The notes under the pieces: model-generated
Told to the model about the DNA's origin: nothing
Databases searched by the model: none
The model's input: only the letters and a program-made list of their open reading frames with translations
Program-made: the position numbers and the translations under genes
Shown here: positions 56,887 through 64,000 of the stretch, in pieces
How the letters are laid out: each line of letters starts with the position of its first letter
Position numbering within the stretch: position 1 is the stretch's first letter
Assembly (NCBI GenBank): GCA_964016885.1
Contig: OZ024747.1
Span: forward strand, 34,472,001 to 34,536,000
Length of the DNA stretch: 64,000 nucleotides
Source of the DNA: Eledone cirrhosa
Lineage: Eukaryota
Direction: 5' to 3'

Positions 56887-59800
56887 AGGGCGGGTAAAAT
56901 TCCCGAGATCCATGGGCGATTTCTCTCTAGCGGTCTCTGTCCTTCATTATCGCTGCCATGTCATGCGTCTCCAACAGACCAGTGTCTGTACTTGGGGCAT
57001 CAACATACGTTATCCTTGGTCTTCCACTTCCAGTGTGTCCATGTAGGGGCTCCCACAAGAGCACTGAGTGCAATGTCAACTCTGGATGTCGTGAGCATGT
57101 CCAGCTAACCTCAGTCTCATCTGTGTCACTTTTGAACTGACATTTTGGAGGCTCCCATACAGCTCTGAGTTTTTCATCCTCAGAGTATATTGATTAATGT
57201 TCAGAGCCATCCTCAGCATTCTCGTGTAGCACCCATCCACCATCTGAGTGAGTTTCTTGATCAGTATCCAAATCTGAGGCCCGTACAGCAGCACAGACTC
57301 CACTACAGCAATGAAGAGGCGGATTTTCAGGTCTTTACGAAGTCCGACTTCCACACCGATCTCAAGCTGTGGCACGCCGCGTAGGCTTTGCTCTTCCTCT
57401 CAACCACATCATCTTCCGTATTCCCAATCTTTGCTCCCAAATACAGGAAGTCCTCAACCAATTCTAGCGGCCCTTCGCCTACATTAGTGATCCCCTCTGG
57501 CTTCTCAACATTCTCTATTCATTCTCAGCCCCACACTCATCGACACAGTCACAACCTCCTGCATCAAATCCGCTGCCTCCTTCACTGTAGTTGTCACCAA
57601 AACTATGTCGTCGGCGATTTCAGCATCTGATATCTTTTTCGCCTTAACTCTCCTGCTCTGAGTCGGTGCTACAATAAAGCCAGAGTCCTGGTGTTTCTCC
57701 AGTGCAAGGCGCATACAATAGTCCACTACAATGATAAAAAGGTAGGGAGCCAATATATATCCCTGGAGCACTCCAGCCAGTATCTCAAAGAACTCTGTCA
57801 TCCCATCAGGTGTAATTACTTGGGCTTTGGTGTTGGTGTAGAGCAGTGATATCAGGTCCACTATCTTCTTGGGGATTCCATAAGCCTGTAAGATCTTCAT
57901 CAGGCAGTGACGGTTCACAGAATCAAAGGCCTTCTTAAAATCAATGAAAACCATGACCGCAGGAAGGCACTTTGCTCTAGCTCCCTCTAATATCCTTCTC
58001 AGCATCAGGATGTGACTGGTGGTTGATCTTCCCTCTCTGAAGCCGTTCTGCTTGTCCATGAGTTTCTTCTCCATCTCAGGGTGAATCCTGTTAAGAATCA
58101 TCCTGTTGAGGGTATTTGCCACAAGTGACGTCAGTGAGATCCCCTGTAGTTGTTGATGTTGGAGAGATCTCCCTTCTTTGGCACTGGGACGTGGGACGAT
58201 GTTACTGATCCTCCACTGATTCGGGGCAACTTCTTTCTCCAGTGCCCGGTTACAGAACCCTAGGATAATATCATCAAAAGCACACCTTTTCATCACCTCT
58301 GATGCCACTTCATCTTCTCCACGAGCCTTGCCCTCCTTGATCCTCTTCTTGGCTCTCTGAAGCTCATCTCTGGTGAAGGGCTCTGTCTCAATATCCAATT
58401 CTTCAAACAGCCGCCTGATCTTCCCAGTGCTCTGGGTTGTGGAGGGTGGCCCTCCAAGTAGGGTCCTAAAATGTTCTAGCCATTTCCTCTTCCTGTCCGC
58501 GGGCCCTCTTCCCTAGATCTGACTCAAACACTTTCTCTTCCTCCCTGTGATCTCGTTGATGATCATCCAGCTCTCCTTACATCCAGATCTGTCAACCGCT
58601 CTCTCCACACTTCTGATCTTCTCTACCAGTTCCTCCTCTCTGGCCTCAGTGTAAGCGGTACAGAGTTCTTCCATCATCAGCTCCACAGTCTCCATCCTCT
58701 CCTCCGTAGGATCAGCAAAGAATTGGTCCTTGGCAGCTTTCAGGTGTTCTCTGGCTGCACACACTTTTGGGTTTGCAGAGCTGACGTGCTTCCATTTATT
58801 CTTTTTCCTCGGCACCTGGGTCTCACTTTCTTCCACCACTGCATTGGTGAAGTGCCCGTACCTCCTCTTCACACTCTCCTCAGTCCATCTAATCTCTCTC
58901 TCCTCTGTCTCTCCACACAGAGCACTGAACCTGTTGCTCATTTCCACTTTGAACTTCTCCTGTAGCTTATCATCTTCCTTGAAAGCTCCCCAATCGGGGC
59001 TGAGCCTTGCTCTTTATTAAGCTCACCCGGACCTCACTCATAACAAGCCGCCGGTCACTACCCATTGTACTGAAATAGCTGTATGGTTCTGTGTTCAGAA
59101 CACTAATCTGCCACTTTTTCCTCACCAGAATGAAGAGAATCTGGGACTTGGACAGTTGCATATCTGAGATATAGGTCTACATCTTCACCGGATTCTTCCT
59201 AAACCTTAGGTTGGTCGCTATCAAGTTCGCCTCCAGCAGGGTGTCTCTCAGTAGTCTTCCATTTCGGTTCGTGTTGTTATGGAAGTACCAGCAAGGATCT
59301 TCACTGCCCTCCTTACTCAGATGTGCATTGAAGCCCCCCAAAACAAGCAGGATGTTGTGTGATTGTGTGGTGTTGACAGCTCTACACACCTCCTCATGGA
59401 ACTCTTCCGCACTCACATCACTGTCTCCCTCGGTTGGACTATAGGCTGAGATGACTCTCAGTCTTGGGTTTCCATTGAAGGTCACTCTCAACTTTCGCGG
59501 GGAGACAGGCATTATTTCCCTCACCAATAGACTGGTTTTTGTGCTAAAAACAAAACCCACTCTTCCCAAGCAGCATTGGTCATGTTCCTCACTGCTGATG
59601 TGGTGATGAGCTGGTTCCTCTTCCCAATCATGACACTCCTCACGGGTCATCGTGTAGGATCCTGTGTTTTTGGATCGCAAATATCTGTAAACCACTCTCA
59701 TCGAACATATGTCCCAACTCCTCTCTCTTCTCCAGCGTCCGACTAGACCTCACATTCAAAGTGCCCATTTTGATGGCTCTTCTGCAGGACAAAACTGCAT

Positions 59801-60140
59801 TCTTTATATTTGTCTCAGAGACAGCTGATCAATCATCCATTGTCCCTCCCTGTGGCTCTAAGCCAGCAGAGTCATAACGACCAGACTGCTCCTTGACAGT
59901 GTAATTAAGGGCTCTAACCCTAGTGCTGTTAGATTGACTCTCCATATTTCTTTTCAATGGCTGACAATACCTTACCGGCGCCACTCGTATAAATGGGGCC
60001 CTAACAGGTACGACTACTCCGGGCCAGAGCAGACCTGGGAGTTATGACATCTAAGGGGTAAGTCCACATTCCCCACAGCTCCTGAACTCCCGAACTGGAG
60101 CCTTGCCATTGGATGTAGTTTAATGTCATATTCAGGACAC
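56887..60140 (-). mobile_element. RTE-clade LINE, second copy of the 14317-17543 family
   Basis: Highly similar peptides (FIDFKKAFDSV, GVLQG, EIADD, ISAYSPTEGD); several frameshifts. Confidence 0.95.
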
Positions 60141-61353
60141 ATTTAGTATATTCGTTAACAAAAACGAAGTTGAAATTTTGAATTAGTTATTAATGAATAT
60201 TGCAATATTTGATAAACATGAAAAACATCTTCAGGATGTAGGGTGTAAAACTAATTTATATGTATTTTGGGTGAGTTTGGAATCAGATGCACTTTTCAAA
60301 TTCATATATTAATTATTTTTCCATCCTATTCTTATATGTGGCACCATTGTTACAGAAGTTAACAACTATTATATATTGAACCTTACTTTGCTAGTCATTC
60401 TCTCTAAAATAATCATCTCGAGTGATTTGATATTCTTTGATAATAACGACAATTTGGCAATTTAACGTCTATTTTGCTGATTATACCCAGTGGCTCTTGC
60501 TAGATTTGAAGTATAATGGATCGTCTATATGCTTAGAACTGCAGGTCCTTCAGGACAGCAACATCTGAATTAGCATGATGCAAGTGATTCTTAAGCTCAT
60601 AGAAGTAAAGCTGCACAAACTTGGGTTCAGCATAACTTGGAAGTAGTGATCAAATAAGATGACAGACCTTACCTTGGATCTTAATACTGGAACTAAATCT
60701 TCTCTGCCATAAATTGATATATGTCAATCGAAAAATAAAAAAAAGATAATAATTATAAAGCTGATATGGAAAAAAGAAATCTTTGAAATTGATAGAAATA
60801 CATGACGGTTTATTGCATCCAGAATATAATTTTTTGTAAAATAAGTTGCATTACTTTGAATAAATAATGAATGAATATTACATAATTTATCTACTAAAAT
60901 TCGTAACACATGATTAAACATATATTAAAAATATTATTCAAGATTTACTTTTAAAAGGATTCAAATTTCAACTATACTATAGAGAGAGAGAGAGTGAAAG
61001 AGAAGGATGAAGCGATTTGGAATTTTTTCAACACGCTGATGTGTATGTGTGCATGTGTGTATGTTGTTGTTCTTTGATTTTACAAAATTGCTAGAGCGAG
61101 AAAGAGAGATTGTATGTGTGAGTTTATAAAGAGAGGAGTGACTGGACAGATATATATATATATATATATATTATGAAGAGAGAAGGAACATTTAGATATA
61201 ATTAGTAATAAAATGTATCATATCTAAACTGCTCCTAGATTCCTCGACTACTTAGTTTCGTGGCATAAACAAAAACAGTACATCATAAAGATATAGAGCC
61301 TTTGCGACATCGGTAAGAACATTTTTTTTTCTTATATCGATGTTTGACGGGCA

Positions 61354-61475
61354 TCCACTGATGATTTATAAGTGCCCACCTGCATATATTCCTATGGAAT
61401 GTTGTGAAGGCTTCTACATAACCCGGACACATTCTTCCAATTTGTAGAAAACTTATAATGAAACAATTGTATGGA
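61354..61475 (+). ncRNA. Type I hammerhead ribozyme, long stem II
   Basis: UCCA-CUGAUGA-U-UUAUAAG...CUUAUAA-U-GAAA-CAAUUG-UA-UGGA. Confidence 0.88.
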
Positions 61476-61650
61476 AAAGGAGATATATTTTAATTGTGTC
61501 TCATATGAAATAATGCTACTGGTCTTCCGCAAAATACATATAGTTAGCACCCCAAACGTAAAATTGGGATTATACTAAGGTATATCCTAATGTTTGTTGA
61601 TTGAGATGGAAGCCTGTCAGAGTATAGCTTAAGGCTTTCTCTGTTAATGT

Positions 61651-61693
<43 letters not shown>

Positions 61694-61761
61694 GTTATTC
61701 CGAGTTGAATCGGAGGTAACCACAGTAAGTAAGGTACTCAATACATAGCAGAGTATAAAAG

Positions 61762-62235
61762 TTTTAATATAGATGAGAATCTACAGGACTAGAACTGTTT
61801 CATTCTTTAGAAATCATCAGCAATCAGGGTATCAAAAAATAAATATGGTATTTATAGGTCTCTTCAGGTGGTAGGAGAGGGTAGGGAGTGGGATGGGTAG
61901 AGGTCATTGGTTGATAGAAAAGGGAATTCATTAAAAGCTAATTCTTTAAATCTATTATTTATATTTAGAGTAACAAAGGCAGAAAGTATTCTGAACTTGT
62001 TTATAGAGTTCTTTCTGCTTTTGTTACTCTAAATATAAATTATAGTTTAAAGAATTAGCTTTTAATGAATTCCCTTTTCTATCAACCAATGACCTGTACC
62101 CATCCCACTCCCTACCCTCTCCTACCACCTGAAGAGACCTATAAATACCATATTTATTTTTTGATACCCTGATTCCCGATGATTTCTAAAGAATGAAACA
62201 GTTCTAGTCATGTAGAATCTCATCTATATTAAAAC
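61762..62235. mobile_element. Hairpin cassette P6 (~225 bp arms) with a minimal HHR in each arm
   Basis: Arms are near-exact reverse complements; HHR 61787-61825 (minus) GAUUG-CUGAUGA-UUUC(UAAA)GAAU-GAAA-CAG-UUC-UAGUC; mutated mirror at 62171-62209. Confidence 0.92.
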
Positions 62236-62244
62236 TATATATAT

Positions 62245-62283
<39 letters not shown>

Positions 62284-62285
<2 letters not shown>

Positions 62286-62594
62286 CGATATTAAATAAAT
62301 GGAAACTATATTTATAAAACCATATTTATTTCATTATATATATTTCAGGGATATCATATTAAAACTATGTTATGCCTTCTTCAGACAAAATACAAATATT
62401 GTATTTTGTCTGAAGAAGGCATAACATATTTTTAATATTATATCCCTGAAATATATATAATGAAATAAATATGGTTTTATAAATATAGTTTCCATTTATT
62501 TAATATCGTAAATATACTCCAAATACTTGTTGAGTGCTTTTATATCAGTTATAAATATTTACTCGTTGTTAACCCAACAATTTAAATAAAACTT

Positions 62595-62597
<3 letters not shown>
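62284..62597. mobile_element. Hairpin cassette P7 (~112 bp arms, 62284-62510) + tail, HHR in each arm
   Basis: Apex acaa-ata-ttgt at ~62397; HHR 62402-62467 UAUUUUGU-CUGAAGA-AGG...CCU-GAAA-UAUAUA-UA-AUGAAAUA. Confidence 0.92.
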
Positions 62598-62661
<64 letters not shown>

Positions 62662-62667
<6 letters not shown>

Positions 62668-62948
62668 CAACATAAGGTCTGCCTGTACGATCTAGAAAAT
62701 AATAAATCAATACTCACAGACTCATATGGGCAAAAAGCCCATATGAGTCTGTGAGTATTGATTTATTATTTTCTAGATCGTACAGGCAGACCTTATGTTG
62801 TTGAATTAAGATTTTTCACTCTAGCGATCTTATTAGTCAATTGCAACTATAACATGTAAATGTTTATCAAATATTAATTTATACTGCTCAGAAGCGATTC
62901 CTAGAGGTGAAATGATTGTAAATGACCTCCTTGAGTCTAAACTCTAAG

Positions 62949-62950
<2 letters not shown>
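62662..62950. mobile_element. Hairpin cassette P8 (perfect 70 bp arms, 62662-62806) + tail
   Basis: attcaacaacataagg...atatgggc-aaaaa-gcccatat...ccttatgttgttgaat; no convincing HHR core. Confidence 0.9.
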
Positions 62951-62998
<48 letters not shown>

Positions 62999-63002
62999 TA
63001 GA

Positions 63003-63520
63003 TCATCTCCTTAGAATTATTAGATACAATATATACCATTTCCTCTCCCAATTAGCATAATTAACCCCATATAAAAAATTCAAATAGTCCAGGCTATAAG
63101 AATAAAGGCTGCTATAAAGAAATATTTGATAAATAACCGAAAGCGGCCTCTTCGCGGTGACCTCAATAGAGTATTTACCCAACATTTCAACAGCATATAG
63201 AAACTGACTAAATATACCGTCAACCATACACAATTAGGTGTAAATTTAAACTTAGAAGAAACGTGTACATACCGTAATTACATTTCTACCATGGTTTCGT
63301 CCGTATTTTTAGATATCCTATTGTTAGGATGAATCTAGAGTAACATACTCTTCAGGAGACAAACTCAAGTTGGACAGTTAATTTTCCAAAGCGACCGCGC
63401 CAAAAATAGATTCAAAAATGACTAAGAATCGTGACGTGGCAGTGGTCAAGTTAGAAATAATGTGATTAGTTGCTTACGGCGGGTAGGCTGGTTGCTAGAG
63501 AGCGCAGCCCAATATCGCCC
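63003..63520 (-). mobile_element. ORF-less HHR-bearing repeat, homologue of 4400-4945
   Basis: HHR 63282-63360: CUGAAGA-GU...GGAC-GAAA-CCAUGG-UA; (TA)n on both sides. Confidence 0.75.
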
Positions 63521-64000
63521 TAATATATATATACATATATATATATATATGTACGTATGTATATATATATATATCTTACTGCTTCCCCGTTCTCTCTGTT
63601 TCTCTCACCTTCTTTCGCCCCCTCTGTCAGTTACACTTTCTCTCGACTGACCTCTTCCTCGCACTTCCACTCACTCACTCTCTGTTTCTCCCCTTCTCAC
63701 TAGATCCCGTTTGGCTAGTAGTGGGGTCCTTTCTTGCTCACATCTCACTCACGTCGGACGGTCTGTGTCTTGACCGCTCATGAAATCCACCCAGCTTATG
63801 CTGACCGGATAACCATATTGCTTGTTTATTTTTCTATCTTCAGTTTGCTTCCTTCTATGTTGTTTACTTGTCTCACTCGCTTTACGCGATTTACGTGTCC
63901 CAATAGCTTTTTTTAGTTATTGCTCGCACCAACCTGAGGTATATGATTTTTAATGCGATGAAATATCAATGATGGTTGGCAAATCACTGACGAGGGACTA

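Noticed and set aside
60672-60705. Minus-strand donor-like AG/gtaagg with a possible 31 nt micro-exon
   Set aside because: Acceptor weak; too short to distinguish from chance.
63985-64000. ctgacgag at the window edge, possible HHR start
   Set aside because: Remainder lies outside the window.

Overview
AT-rich eukaryotic genomic DNA, almost entirely repeat-derived. The SINE and repeat content suggests an octopus-like cephalopod (inference from recalled repeats, not a database match). It holds decayed non-LTR retrotransposons (several RTE-clade LINEs, one R4/Dong-like, one L1/Tx1-like), many Penelope-like elements (PLEs; Naiad-like, Neptune-like and a third family), tRNA-type SINEs, hAT and Helitron transposase scraps, and very abundant (TA)n/(CA)n/(GA)n microsatellites that produce most of the spurious IYIY ORFs. 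One plausible host-gene exon lies on the minus strand (24873-25272). The main signal is roughly 20 type I hammerhead-ribozyme (HHR) motifs from about ten sequence families, found by eye. They sit in PLE 3' repeats and in short ORF-less, often near-perfectly palindromic cassettes inserted in (TA)n tracts. Several carry core variants (U3-A8, C4, U10.1-U11.1) and self-complementary stem III. All coordinates were read manually and repeat boundaries are approximate.
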